Shown one piece after another: positions 18,705 through 27,911 of a stretch of 64,000 bases of DNA. A program made the position numbers and the translations under genes. The notes beneath the pieces are model-generated. The model ran no database searches, was not told the origin of the DNA, and saw only the letters and a list, made by a program, of their open reading frames with translations. How positions within the stretch are numbered: the stretch's first letter is position 1; every line of letters begins with the position of its first letter. The stretch covers positions 5,929 to 69,928 of the forward strand of contig JAJFLU010000009.1 of NCBI GenBank assembly GCA_021772515.1, given 5' to 3'. This DNA comes from Opitutales bacterium (lineage in GTDB: Bacteria; Verrucomicrobiota; Verrucomicrobiia; Opitutales; UBA2987).

Positions 18705-19853
18705 GTGAACCGAATCGCCGCCCTCCTTCTGCCGGGATTAGTCGCATTTGCTAATCCGGCTGTGCAGGCGGCTAACGACGACGGATTTACGCTCTCCGGG
18801 CAGGTCTTGCAGGCGCCGGAAGAAGGGCAAATCCTTCTCAAGCGCAATCACGTTCTGGATCACAAGAAGGCTGTCCTGCAAACCATCGAGATTAGCAGCG
18901 AAGGCTATTTTGCGGTTCATTTTGATGGCGAGCCCGGCATATTCGAGGTGGATTTTTTCCGTCAAAGGAATGTGGCTCTTGCTCTGGACAAGGGGCAATC
19001 GGTGAAGATTAATCTGTCGTTGGAGAAGGAGGAAGAGGAAAATAAAAAGATCGAGGTAGAGGTAACGGGATCCCCTGATACCGCGCTTTTGCACGCCTAT
19101 GAAAGGATTCGGAAGGAATCGCTGGAAAGATTGATGGGGCCGGTTCGCAAGGAATTGAGGGAGGCGTATCAGCGGGGGGAAACCGATGAAGAGGTTCTTG
19201 CGAGACTGCGGTCCATTGAGTTTGAAAATTATGGAAAGCATCGGGCCGAGTTGCTCGATTTTGTGGATGAGAATATGGGTCAATCGGTGGCCGTTTATGC
19301 CACTGCACTGCGGTGGGATGCGGAGCAGAACCTCGATTTGCAGGGAGATTTGGCGAGAAAGTTCGCACAGGCCCATCCCGGTCTGGAAATATCCCGGAAA
19401 CTGGTGAAAAAGGTTGAAGGGTTCCGCAAGGTCGCCATGGGCGCAATCGCCCCCGATATCGATTTGCCCGATTCCGACGGTGAAATGAAAGCCTTAGCCG
19501 ATTTTCGCGGAAAATATGTGCTCCTCGATTTTTGGGCCTCCTGGTGTCCCCCCTGCCGTGAAGAAAATGCCAATTATGGGAGGATTTACGAAAAATACCG
19601 CGACCGTGGCTTCGAGATATTTGCTGTATCGCTGGATACAAAACGGGTTCAATGGCTCAAAGCGACCGATAAGGACAGCGTGGTTTGGCCCAATGTTTCG
19701 GATCTCAAAGCCTACAATTCCCCCGCCGCCAATGAATACAGCCTAAGCTCCCTGCCGGCGAATTTCCTTCTCGATCCCGAGGGCCGTATCCTCTCGAAGA
19801 ATCTCCGAGGGGAAGCCTTGCGGTTAAGAATCGCTGATCTTTTAGCCGATTGA
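18705..19853 (+). CDS. TlpA-family thiol:disulfide oxidoreductase (thioredoxin fold, secreted)
   Basis: FWASWCPPCREE active site. I prefer the GTG at 18705 (VNRIAALLLPGLVAFANPAVQA signal peptide), just after the stop of the previous gene. The track start 18663 is the alternative. Confidence 0.85.
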   Translation: MNRIAALLLPGLVAFANPAVQAANDDGFTLSGQVLQAPEEGQILLKRNHVLDHKKAVLQTIEISSEGYFAVHFDGEPGIFEVDFFRQRNVALALDKGQSVKINLSLEKEEEENKKIEVEVTGSPDTALLHAYERIRKESLERLMGPVRKELREAYQRGETDEEVLARLRSIEFENYGKHRAELLDFVDENMGQSVAVYATALRWDAEQNLDLQGDLARKFAQAHPGLEISRKLVKKVEGFRKVAMGAIAPDIDLPDSDGEMKALADFRGKYVLLDFWASWCPPCREENANYGRIYEKYRDRGFEIFAVSLDTKRVQWLKATDKDSVVWPNVSDLKAYNSPAANEYSLSSLPANFLLDPEGRILSKNLRGEALRLRIADLLAD

Positions 19854-19865
19854 ACGAGTGGGGCG

Positions 19866-20408
19866 CTATTCGTTCTCTTTGAAATTCGGCCCTATCAATT
19901 CCCGCAAGAATTCTTCGGTTGCCCAATCCGCCCGTCCGGTATATTGATCTAAAAAAGCCTTTCCGGCGCCGATTTTAATACGATCGGGGGTCCACTCCGG
20001 TGTAACCACGGTGGCCATCAAGGCATAGGGGCAGTCGGGATGGAGTTTGAGGGCTTTCCAGGAATTCCCATGTATAAGGATTACAAATTGTTGGCCCGAC
20101 TTTATATCCGATCCCAACACCTGGTGATTTATCTCACCATCGGGACCGAAAGTATAGTAATCGACCGGGCCTCCCTGACAAAGGATATGGGTATCATCCG
20201 AGGGGAGCCAATGTAGATAATCGACCGGATATCGCGGCGTGAGCAAATAGTAAATGGAATTATTGGCGGCCAGAGGTCGGTCGTTCCCTGCCTCGGTGAC
20301 CATGATTCTGGACCGTCCGATATGTGAATACAGCCCGGATTCCTCCGGAAGAAAAGTCAAACCGAGTTCTTTTGCGATACACTCGGGGTCTTCAGGAAAA
20401 TTTCGCAT
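19866..20408 (-). CDS. Cupin (DUF985 family) protein
   Basis: 180 aa. LGLTFLPEESGLYSH...IYYLL...LHWLPSDDTH pattern of DUF985 cupins. Confidence 0.8.
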   Translation of the reverse strand: MRNFPEDPECIAKELGLTFLPEESGLYSHIGRSRIMVTEAGNDRPLAANNSIYYLLTPRYPVDYLHWLPSDDTHILCQGGPVDYYTFGPDGEINHQVLGSDIKSGQQFVILIHGNSWKALKLHPDCPYALMATVVTPEWTPDRIKIGAGKAFLDQYTGRADWATEEFLRELIGPNFKENE

Positions 20409-20499
20409 TGGATATTGTGAAAAGGGGGTTGATGATTCACTTTATGGATTTCAATCTACAAACAGAAAACCCTTGGCACAACATATCAATTACATTTCC

Positions 20500-21123
20500 A
20501 TGAGCGACAGAGAAGAGATATTTACCCGTATCAAGACAGCTCTTGAACCGATCGAGGAGAAAACTCCGTATCCGGAATGGGAGGATTCGCTGGTGATTTC
20601 GCAGGGGCTCGATGAATTTCCGAGCCTGTGGGAGCTATTTTGCCACAAATTTCGGGAGGTGAACGGTATGCCTTTGGAGGGAGTGGAAGCGTTGGCTGCT
20701 TTTCTCAAGGAAAACGGGCAAACGACGGGCTACTGCGATCCCTCCATCGCGGTTGAATTGAAAAAATTGCCAGCCTTTCAAGGGATCACCTTGATTACCG
20801 ATTACGAGAGAGATCGGATGGACGACTACCAATTCGGCATCACAAGAGCGGCAGGAGCCATCGCCGAGACCGGCACCATAATACTCAAGGACAAATCGAC
20901 TTCCGCCCGTTTGGGAGCGCTCAGCCCGTGGACTCACGCCGCCATTTTGGAACCTGAATACCTCTGGCCGGACGTGCCCACTGCGCTCAAACAGGTTCTG
21001 GACGACGACCCATCGGTCATTCTCGTCACCGGACCCTCTAAAACCGCCGACATTGAGGGAGTTCTCATTGAGGGTGTTCACGGGCCCGGTGTGCAAATTT
21101 GCTGCCTGACGCCCGCCGGGTAA
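20500..21123 (+). CDS. lutC: LUD-domain protein LutC/YkgG family
   Basis: I chose the start at MSDREEIFTRIKTAL (atg 20500). Has C-terminal GITRAAGAIAETGTIIL and LVTGPSKTADIEG motifs. The upstream part of the track ORF overlaps the cupin gene antisense. Confidence 0.8.
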   Translation: MSDREEIFTRIKTALEPIEEKTPYPEWEDSLVISQGLDEFPSLWELFCHKFREVNGMPLEGVEALAAFLKENGQTTGYCDPSIAVELKKLPAFQGITLITDYERDRMDDYQFGITRAAGAIAETGTIILKDKSTSARLGALSPWTHAAILEPEYLWPDVPTALKQVLDDDPSVILVTGPSKTADIEGVLIEGVHGPGVQICCLTPAG

Positions 21124-21253
21124 ATTTCAGCAAATCTCTGATAATTCATCCGATTATACTTGGTTTCCCTGAAATTCATGGGATATTGGGAGTATTACGC
21201 AGAGATATGGTTAATATTTCATCTAACTAATTTTCAGAAAACAAAAACACGCT

Positions 21254-22141
21254 ATGCAAAAAATAATTTACCCAATCATCATTGTCGTCGTCATTATCGG
21301 CTTTATGGCCACACGATTTTACAAGACCATCCCGGCGGGTTATGTCGGTGTGGCCACCTATTTCGGGGAAGTTCAGGAAGAGGCTTTTCCGGAGGGCCTC
21401 AATTTTCCAGTTAATCCTTTATATGAATGGTCCATATTCGATCTGCGTGAGCAGACCATTGAAGAAACTGCCAGCGTGCCCACTCAAGATCAGTTGCAGA
21501 CAAAAATCGACGTCAGTGTGCAATTTCGCCTGATCGGCCCCATGGCGCCATTGATCCGGCGCGACAGCGGCACTTTTTCAAGAGTCGTGCAGGTTCACCT
21601 GATTCCCAAACTTCGATCCCTTCTTCGGGAACAGGGAAAATCCATCGTCCGGGCCGAGGACTTCTTTTTGGAAAAGACCCAGGAGAATTTGCAACTATCA
21701 CTGGAGAGAGGATTGCAAGAATTTTTGCAGCCCAAAGGCATAGAGGTACAGGCAGTGCTCCTGCGTGATATTAATTTGCCCCCCTTTATTACAAAGGCCA
21801 TCGAGTCGAAAAAGGAACGGGAGCAGGAAGTGGAAAAGCAAAAGGCTGAACTGGAGCGTTTTCGCACCGAGCAGCAGCAGTTGATTGCGGCGGCTTCGGC
21901 CCAACGAGAGGCAGCCGAGGAAGAAGCGGCAAAACGCCGGGTTTTGGCCGATGCCCAGGCCTACGAGATTCAGAAGATCAACGAGGCCATCTCCACCAAT
22001 CCAGCCTATTTACAGTTGCAGGCGCTCGAAGCCCTCAAAGCGATCAGCAAGGATCCCGCTGCGAAAATTTACTTTTTAAACGGGGATAGCCCGTCTCCAC
22101 TGCCCCTGTTGCATATTGGGGATACGCTCGAAGCAAAATAA
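21254..22141 (+). CDS. SPFH/band 7 (prohibitin-like) membrane protein
   Basis: 295 aa with an N-terminal TM helix, an SPFH core (VPTQDQLQTKIDVSVQFR) and a coiled-coil E/A/Q-rich tail. Confidence 0.9.
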   Translation: MQKIIYPIIIVVVIIGFMATRFYKTIPAGYVGVATYFGEVQEEAFPEGLNFPVNPLYEWSIFDLREQTIEETASVPTQDQLQTKIDVSVQFRLIGPMAPLIRRDSGTFSRVVQVHLIPKLRSLLREQGKSIVRAEDFFLEKTQENLQLSLERGLQEFLQPKGIEVQAVLLRDINLPPFITKAIESKKEREQEVEKQKAELERFRTEQQQLIAAASAQREAAEEEAAKRRVLADAQAYEIQKINEAISTNPAYLQLQALEALKAISKDPAAKIYFLNGDSPSPLPLLHIGDTLEAK

Positions 22142-22162
22142 AAGGGCTATAGTTACGGAAAA

Positions 22163-23278
22163 TCATCGATCGCCTTTGGATTTCTCCTTGCGGCGCGGTT
22201 CGGGATCTAGCGGCAGGCCACTGGCTATTTTAAGTTTGATTTCGTTGATGGTGTCTTCGAGGGCCACAAAGCGTTCCGGGCTGGCGGGATGCGTAGCCAG
22301 AATTCGCTTTTGAATACCACCGGGGTCGATTGCCGCAATCCGTCTCCAGAAATTGGCCGCATCGTCAATGGGCAACCCGGTTCGGGCCATAATGTAGAGT
22401 CCCACGTAGTCCGCCTCCGACTCGAAAGAGGGGGCGCGGGAGTAGGCTGCGGCGGCGCCGACGGCATTTCCGGTAATCACCCCAACGCTCGCCGCGGCGA
22501 TATCCACAAGGGTTCCGAGTGTGTAGTTTGTAATGACAGCCCGCACATGCTGCATCACGTTGTGGGCCACCTCGTGACTGATGACGTAGGTTAATTCGGT
22601 ATCCGTTTCGGCAAACCTGAGCATACCCCGGTTGATGATGATTTTTTTTCCGGTTGCCTTGGCGTTGACGCTCTGTTTCGAGCTGAGAAGGAGGGTGTAG
22701 TCGGCGATGGCAGCCGGTGTGATGGGCAAATCAAGGGGGTCGCCGTCCCGCAAAACAGTCACCATGACTTTTTCCCCTGAAACGAGGTCTCTTTGCAGGA
22801 CGATCGCCAATTTCGCGGCGGCGTTTTCACCCTCCGGGACCGCTTTGCCATCCAGCTTCAGCAGGAGGTCACCTTTTTCAAAACGGGCCATTTCAGCGGG
22901 AGAATTAGGCACTACTTCAAGAACTTTAAGTTTCTCCCCAAGGCCAAATTGTTTTTCGGCAGATTCCTGGAAGTCCCCCGTAAATGAGTATTTATTTGCA
23001 TAGTATAGACCGAGATACGGTCGCACGTGACCTCCCGAGTAAGGAACCGCAGCCTGGAGGATCGGAAAGGCTACCCTTTGCAGGCGCATTTGGTCAAAAA
23101 GCTGACTTTCAAGGGCAATCGTCCATTGATGATGGCGCTCCGATTCGAGCCTTCCGGGGTCGATCACCATGGGTCTGGTTGCCGGGACAATGCAACCGGC
23201 CACCCCTGCCAATATCGCTAATCCTGCCGCAATTGGCAGGGTTTTGGTGAAATTAGACGCTGTGAAATTAAAAAACAC
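22163..23278 (-). CDS. M48 family metallopeptidase lipoprotein with PDZ domain
   Basis: Lipobox LAGVAGC, PDZ-like segment LKVLEVVPNSPAEMARFEKGDLLLKLDG, zinc motif HEVAHN. Confidence 0.85.
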   Translation of the reverse strand: MFFNFTASNFTKTLPIAAGLAILAGVAGCIVPATRPMVIDPGRLESERHHQWTIALESQLFDQMRLQRVAFPILQAAVPYSGGHVRPYLGLYYANKYSFTGDFQESAEKQFGLGEKLKVLEVVPNSPAEMARFEKGDLLLKLDGKAVPEGENAAAKLAIVLQRDLVSGEKVMVTVLRDGDPLDLPITPAAIADYTLLLSSKQSVNAKATGKKIIINRGMLRFAETDTELTYVISHEVAHNVMQHVRAVITNYTLGTLVDIAAASVGVITGNAVGAAAAYSRAPSFESEADYVGLYIMARTGLPIDDAANFWRRIAAIDPGGIQKRILATHPASPERFVALEDTINEIKLKIASGLPLDPEPRRKEKSKGDR

Positions 23279-23375
23279 CGATCCGGGATATTAAACACTG
23301 ACGGACTCATATAGTTAACATCGCTAAATAAGAGGCGCAATCGAAATGATTCAATCCCGGAGGAAGGCAAATAAT

Positions 23376-24341
23376 TTATTTTCCCGCCGGCATGGATGAC
23401 CAGTGGATGTGAGTGATTTTCCATTGGTTTTCCTGCCGCTTCAGGACGATGGTTTCTTTTCCAAGGAGGTTGTATTCTTTATTTTTGAAGGTGCCTTGTG
23501 TGCGGCTTTCACTAAAAATAATGGCTGTGCCGGCTGCTTCCTGCACGGATTGCGAAGTCGTTTCGCGTTTCATGTTTTTGGTAAATTCCATGTCCAGCGG
23601 CATGTGGTGCCCGGCGTATTCCTCCAAAGACCGCTCGACTCCCCCGCTTTCAAATATGAGGACATCCTCCGCCAAGAGGCGAAAAACTGCCTCCTTATCT
23701 CCCCGCGTCAGAGCATTGTGAAAGCTCTCCAAGGCTCCCGCAGGTGTGCTTTCATCGATGACATCTTCGTGATGATGGTCGTCATCGTGTTCCTTGACCA
23801 TTTCTGTTTTTTCATGGTCGGAGTTTTTGATCTCGTCATCATGATCGGGATTTTGCTTCCCTTGGTCATGGTCATGGCTATCTCCGATCATCTCTGCCAT
23901 CGGCACAACCCCCATGCCATGCTTGAAAACGAGATCGCCGCCTTTCCAGCCGGTTATGCCCAGTAAAACACCGCCCACAACCAGCAGACCATAGAACAGC
24001 ATCGGAAGGGGCAGTCCTTTTCTCGCATGGTGAATCGAACAACCAGCGAGAATAAAAAAGAAAACGGAGGTCCCAATAGCAAAATTACGGTGATTCAGCA
24101 TCGCGGCATGGGATTCATCGGTATGGGCCACCGTGTTGGAGGCATACCACCCGCTCAACAGTGTGAAGACGGTGGCCGCCGCGCCCGTCCACAGCATCCA
24201 GTTGGCCGCGATACGCAGGTTGTTTTTGGTTTCCTCGTTTGAGAGGAATAATCCTATACCATGCAGAACGATGGATGCCACAAATAGCCCTATCGGGAAG
24301 TGAACGAATAGCGGATGCCAATTGGGAATTATTTCTATCAT
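23376..24341 (-). CDS. DUF2231 membrane domain - His/Asp-rich linker - SnoaL/DUF4440-like (NTF2 fold) fusion protein
   Basis: N-terminus NWHPLFVHFPIGLF plus 4 TM helices (DUF2231). Linker DSHDHDQGKQNPDHDDEIKNSDHEKTEMVKEHDDDHHHED. The C-terminal ~125 aa has an NTF2-like pattern (ALESFHNALTRGDKEAVFRLLAEDVLIFESGG...WKITHIHWS). Confidence 0.65.
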   Translation of the reverse strand: MIEIIPNWHPLFVHFPIGLFVASIVLHGIGLFLSNEETKNNLRIAANWMLWTGAAATVFTLLSGWYASNTVAHTDESHAAMLNHRNFAIGTSVFFFILAGCSIHHARKGLPLPMLFYGLLVVGGVLLGITGWKGGDLVFKHGMGVVPMAEMIGDSHDHDQGKQNPDHDDEIKNSDHEKTEMVKEHDDDHHHEDVIDESTPAGALESFHNALTRGDKEAVFRLLAEDVLIFESGGVERSLEEYAGHHMPLDMEFTKNMKRETTSQSVQEAAGTAIIFSESRTQGTFKNKEYNLLGKETIVLKRQENQWKITHIHWSSMPAGK

Positions 24342-24459
24342 AAGGAATGGTTAATTTGTTTTAAACGCCCGCTTAAAGGTCTCTTTGCTTCTTGAATGCT
24401 GTAATAAAGCTTGGCAGAAAGAGTCAGGGCAATCCATTATTGTGGTTTATTTATCTATT

Positions 24460-24909
24460 ATGAATGACGAAGAATTGGGACCAACAGGGGCGATACTCTA
24501 TGATTTGCCATCGCCCTATCAGGCACACCCTTGCGGGTTGCTCCATTTGCCGCGATTTATTGGCAAAATCCGCAAACACCTTGCCGGTGAGCTTCCAAAA
24601 TCCTATCAGCGGAACTTTACGCGGGGTTTTGATGGCTTTCTTTGCCTTCACCTAAAGGTCGAGCCGCAGGATGTCGTCGAGACTGTCAGGGAGAGCACGG
24701 ATGACAAGGATCTCAATGAGCGTCTGCGCAAGCTATTCCCAGAAGACTTAAAAGCCTACGAGTGGAACCGAAAAATGGCCCACATAGGAATGAGTAAAAT
24801 GGGGAGAGCCAAACTGATGGAGGTCAAGGAAATCATGAGCGTCAGCGACAGGGATGATCTGGTGAATTTCGCCGACATGATCGAGTTGGACGAAGGCCGA
24901 ATGCCCTAG
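24460..24909 (+). CDS. DUF5069 domain protein (second paralog)
   Basis: I chose the start at MNDEELGP. LHLPRFIGKIRKHLAGELPKSYQRNFTRGFDGFLCLHL parallels the 18239-18688 protein. Confidence 0.6.
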   Translation: MNDEELGPTGAILYDLPSPYQAHPCGLLHLPRFIGKIRKHLAGELPKSYQRNFTRGFDGFLCLHLKVEPQDVVETVRESTDDKDLNERLRKLFPEDLKAYEWNRKMAHIGMSKMGRAKLMEVKEIMSVSDRDDLVNFADMIELDEGRMP

Positions 24910-24967
24910 AGGACGACTACCCTCCTGCCGGGTTGCTTTTTTTGAAACCGCCCTGTATCTTTTTGTT

Positions 24968-26413
24968 GTGAACCTGAGGCGAAAAACGGTGGCATGGATG
25001 GCCGGAGCATGGGCGGTTTCTTTGGGATTGGCTTTTTTTGCCGGAAATTGGGCCGCAAACTATTTTTCGGATAAAGATCGCAACGGTATTAAAAGTAACT
25101 CCGGTTATGAAAACCAGGCGGCTCTCGAAAGACATTTGCTCATCCGCCAGTTGACCGGTAAGGAGCCGGACTCGGCTTCTTCAGATCAATCCCAATCCTT
25201 TACATCACCAGTGCGGGAGGCTCTCGCGGCGGCTCTGGCCAATGGGAACGCAAATTTCCGGAGCCACGCCATCGCGGTATTGCTATCGGGCCTCGCGCTG
25301 GGTGATATCGGCGAAGCGGTCCGGTTTACGGAAGGCATTCCAGCAGGGGTTCGCAGGGATGAGATGTATTCGGCGCTGTTGAGGCGTTGGGGTGAACTGG
25401 ATGGCCGTTCGGCTTTGGCCTATGCCCTCGAAAGGCCGACAGCCGGAAACCGGCATGAGGGCATTGTCGGGGTTCTTACGGGTTGGGCCACCTATGATTC
25501 TGAAACCGCATTTGCATGGGCGTTGGCCAATCCCGGCGATAATCCCTTCCAAAGCGATACCCTCAACGCCGTAATCGGGCAATTGGCCGTCCTCGATCCG
25601 GCGAAGGCTTTTTCTTACGCCTCGGAATTATCTCGGGACGCGTTTCAAACCGGAGCTCTGAAAACTTTGGCCGACCAGCTTCATTCCATGGGAAATCTGA
25701 ATCTGGCGCTGACATGGTATGCCGACTTGAAGGAGGGCTCCGTCAAGGAACTGGCACTCGAACATGTAGCCCGAATCTGGAGCTCCTACGAACCGATTTA
25801 CGCCTCCGAATGGATTGAAAGTATTTCCGGTCAGGTAGTTCGCGAGCATGCGATAGAGGCGGTTGCTTCGACTTGGGGACGCACCGACCCGCAAAGGGCT
25901 GCCTCGTGGGCTGCGGCATTGCCAGAGGGTCGCGCGCGAGCTTCCGGGACATCAGCTGCGATTGGCACCTGGCTCCAGCGGGGGGAGGTGAACCTTGTCG
26001 CCCGCTGGCTTAATCAATTGCCGCCCCACCAGGATTTCGATGATGCCGTGCGGCAAGTCGCATTAGCCTCGATGCAGGAAGATCCCGAAACCGCCATGTC
26101 GTGGGCGGATTCAATCATCGATGAGAACCTGCGCTCCGTCACCATGAATATGGTGGGGCAGAGATGGGTGGGCATGGATCCGCTGGCGGCGCAGGATTTC
26201 TACAATACGTCGGGAAATAGTGATCCGACAGAAACCTACGTGATCGAGGATGCCGGGTTGCAGATTTTCCAGGGCGAATTACCGCAGGAAGAAATACCCT
26301 TTGAGCCCGCCAACAATGAATCTATCCCAGGGGAAGGGGATCAGCTCTATCCGGAAGGTGGGGGAGAAGTTGTCGAAGGGGACTTTCCCATTGAAACACC
26401 CGAAGGCCCTTAG
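24968..26413 (+). CDS. Membrane-anchored hypothetical protein with helical (HEAT-like) repeats
   Basis: GTG start, N-terminal TM helix (VAWMAGAWAVSLGLAFFAG), recurrent ~35-aa W/A-rich helical units (DP..A..WA) and an acidic P/E/G tail. No family recognised. Confidence 0.5.
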   Translation: MNLRRKTVAWMAGAWAVSLGLAFFAGNWAANYFSDKDRNGIKSNSGYENQAALERHLLIRQLTGKEPDSASSDQSQSFTSPVREALAAALANGNANFRSHAIAVLLSGLALGDIGEAVRFTEGIPAGVRRDEMYSALLRRWGELDGRSALAYALERPTAGNRHEGIVGVLTGWATYDSETAFAWALANPGDNPFQSDTLNAVIGQLAVLDPAKAFSYASELSRDAFQTGALKTLADQLHSMGNLNLALTWYADLKEGSVKELALEHVARIWSSYEPIYASEWIESISGQVVREHAIEAVASTWGRTDPQRAASWAAALPEGRARASGTSAAIGTWLQRGEVNLVARWLNQLPPHQDFDDAVRQVALASMQEDPETAMSWADSIIDENLRSVTMNMVGQRWVGMDPLAAQDFYNTSGNSDPTETYVIEDAGLQIFQGELPQEEIPFEPANNESIPGEGDQLYPEGGGEVVEGDFPIETPEGP

Positions 26414-26446
26414 CTAGAACCTATCTCAAATTCGCGGATGAATGAT

Positions 26447-26639
26447 GTTTGTAGCGCCACGGTGGCAGATGCCAGGCGGATTTGCCTCCCGATGGGCTCG
26501 ATGCCCTTCGGGTGCAAACCAACGCCGCAGGTGCTACCGTGCCGCACAAATCCTTCGGACAGAGGTAATTATGAGTTTGAGCGGCGTTCCGCCGGGTCAG
26601 CAGGGCTGGAAGCCCTGCAAGCCCCGTCGCGCCTTGCTC
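26447..26639. ncRNA. Candidate structured RNA or inverted-repeat element (unclassified)
   Basis: Lies in a GC-rich 280-bp gap between convergent genes. 26447-26467 pairs with 26532-26551 (19 pairs, 1 mismatch, 1 bulge) and encloses two hairpins. A second domain, 26579-26639, forms a three-segment helix capped by CAGGGC-UGGAA-GCCCUG. Strand and identity are undetermined. Confidence 0.3.
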
Positions 26640-26693
26640 CAAGCACATAATTGCTCTCTGCATCATCATCATCGAAATTGAGACAGGTTCTAA

Positions 26694-27881
26694 TCAATAG
26701 CGGGCCATATCCGGCTCCAGCTTTTCCGCCCACGCCTGGATGCCCCCGGCCATGCTGGTGGCCGTATCGAAACCCTTGAATCGCAGGAATTGAGTGATGC
26801 GCAGGCTTCGTTGACCGTGGTGGCAGTAAACCAAAATAGGGCGGTCTTTTGGCAATGCATCCAACGAATTCGGAATCTCACCCATAGGCACAAAAGCGCT
26901 GCCCTTTATTTGACATACGGCTGCTTCGTAGGATTCCCGAATGTCGAGCAGATAGGGCGGTTTTTCGGAATCCAGCCACCTGCGAGCTTCTTCAACTCCT
27001 ACCTCGACAGGAAACCGCATTTCCTCTTTTTGAGGGGGGCCTGAAGGATCGATACGACAGCTAAATTCGTAGTTTTCCTTCTCAAATTTGAGTATCGAGG
27101 GGTTTTCTCCACAGAGGGGACATGCCTTTTCTTTTTTCAAACGCAGGGTGCGAAACTGCATTGCGAGCGACTCGATCACCAGCAATCGATTTTTAAGCGA
27201 CTCACCGATTCCAAGCAGAAACTTGATCGCCTCCATTGCCTGAAGGCTGCCGACAACGCCACAAAGAGCTCCAAATACACCGGCTTCCTCGCAATTTGGC
27301 ACCGCTCCCTCCTCCGGCATGTGGGGAAAAAGGCAGCGGTAGCAGGAACCTCCCGCCTTTGTGTCGAACAAACTGACCTGCCCCTCGAATTGAAAAATAC
27401 TGCCGTATATGAGTGGTTTTCCGGCAAAAAAAGCGGCATCGTTGACCAGATAGCGGGTGGGAAAATTATCGGAGCCGTCGAGAATCAGATCGTATTTGGA
27501 AAAAACCTCCAGAGCATTGTCGAACGTGACGCCCTCGGAGTGCTCATCCAATTTGACATGCGGATTAAGCGATTGCAGACGGGCGCGGGCGGACTCGATT
27601 TTTGATTTTCCGACCGTTGCCGTGTCGTGAACAATCTGCCGCTGCAAATTGTGCACCTCTACGCGGTCCATTTCGGCCAGACCGAGGGTACCCACTCCCG
27701 CCGCCGTCAAATAAAGGGAAGCCGGGCTGCCCAGCCCTCCCATGCCGACCAAAAGGATGCGCGCCGAAGCCAGTTTTTTCTGCCCATCAAGCCCCACCTG
27801 AGGGAGAATCAAATGCCGGCTGTAACGGGCAATCTCCTCTGGAGAAAGGTCAATGGACTGCGATGGCAAAGTGGTTTTCAT
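26694..27881 (-). CDS. moeB: MoeB/ThiF-type adenylyltransferase fused to rhodanese domain
   Basis: 395 aa. YSRHLILPQVGLDGQKKL, GMGGLGSP, CxxC pairs and a C-terminal rhodanese with active-site loop CHHGQRS. Confidence 0.9.
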   Translation of the reverse strand: MKTTLPSQSIDLSPEEIARYSRHLILPQVGLDGQKKLASARILLVGMGGLGSPASLYLTAAGVGTLGLAEMDRVEVHNLQRQIVHDTATVGKSKIESARARLQSLNPHVKLDEHSEGVTFDNALEVFSKYDLILDGSDNFPTRYLVNDAAFFAGKPLIYGSIFQFEGQVSLFDTKAGGSCYRCLFPHMPEEGAVPNCEEAGVFGALCGVVGSLQAMEAIKFLLGIGESLKNRLLVIESLAMQFRTLRLKKEKACPLCGENPSILKFEKENYEFSCRIDPSGPPQKEEMRFPVEVGVEEARRWLDSEKPPYLLDIRESYEAAVCQIKGSAFVPMGEIPNSLDALPKDRPILVYCHHGQRSLRITQFLRFKGFDTATSMAGGIQAWAEKLEPDMARY

Positions 27882-27911
27882 TTCTAAATCTATTTCTGCA
27901 TCAACATAAAT

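Noticed and set aside
26593-26626. SRP (4.5S) RNA-like motif GGGUCAG...GGAAG...GCAAGCC
   Set aside because: It superficially resembles the helix 8 sequence GGUCAGGUCCGGAAGGAAGCAGCC. However, the stem between the internal loop and the apical loop is 6 bp instead of about 3. The loop is a pentaloop (UGGAA) rather than a closed GNRA tetraloop, and the 3' side reads GCAAGCC rather than AGCAGCC. I keep it only as something to test with the RF00169 model.
26438-26681. Small ORFs of 70-83 aa on both strands in the convergent gap
   Set aside because: They overlap each other in a GC-rich region, have no start context or family resemblance, and the region is better explained by RNA-type base pairing.
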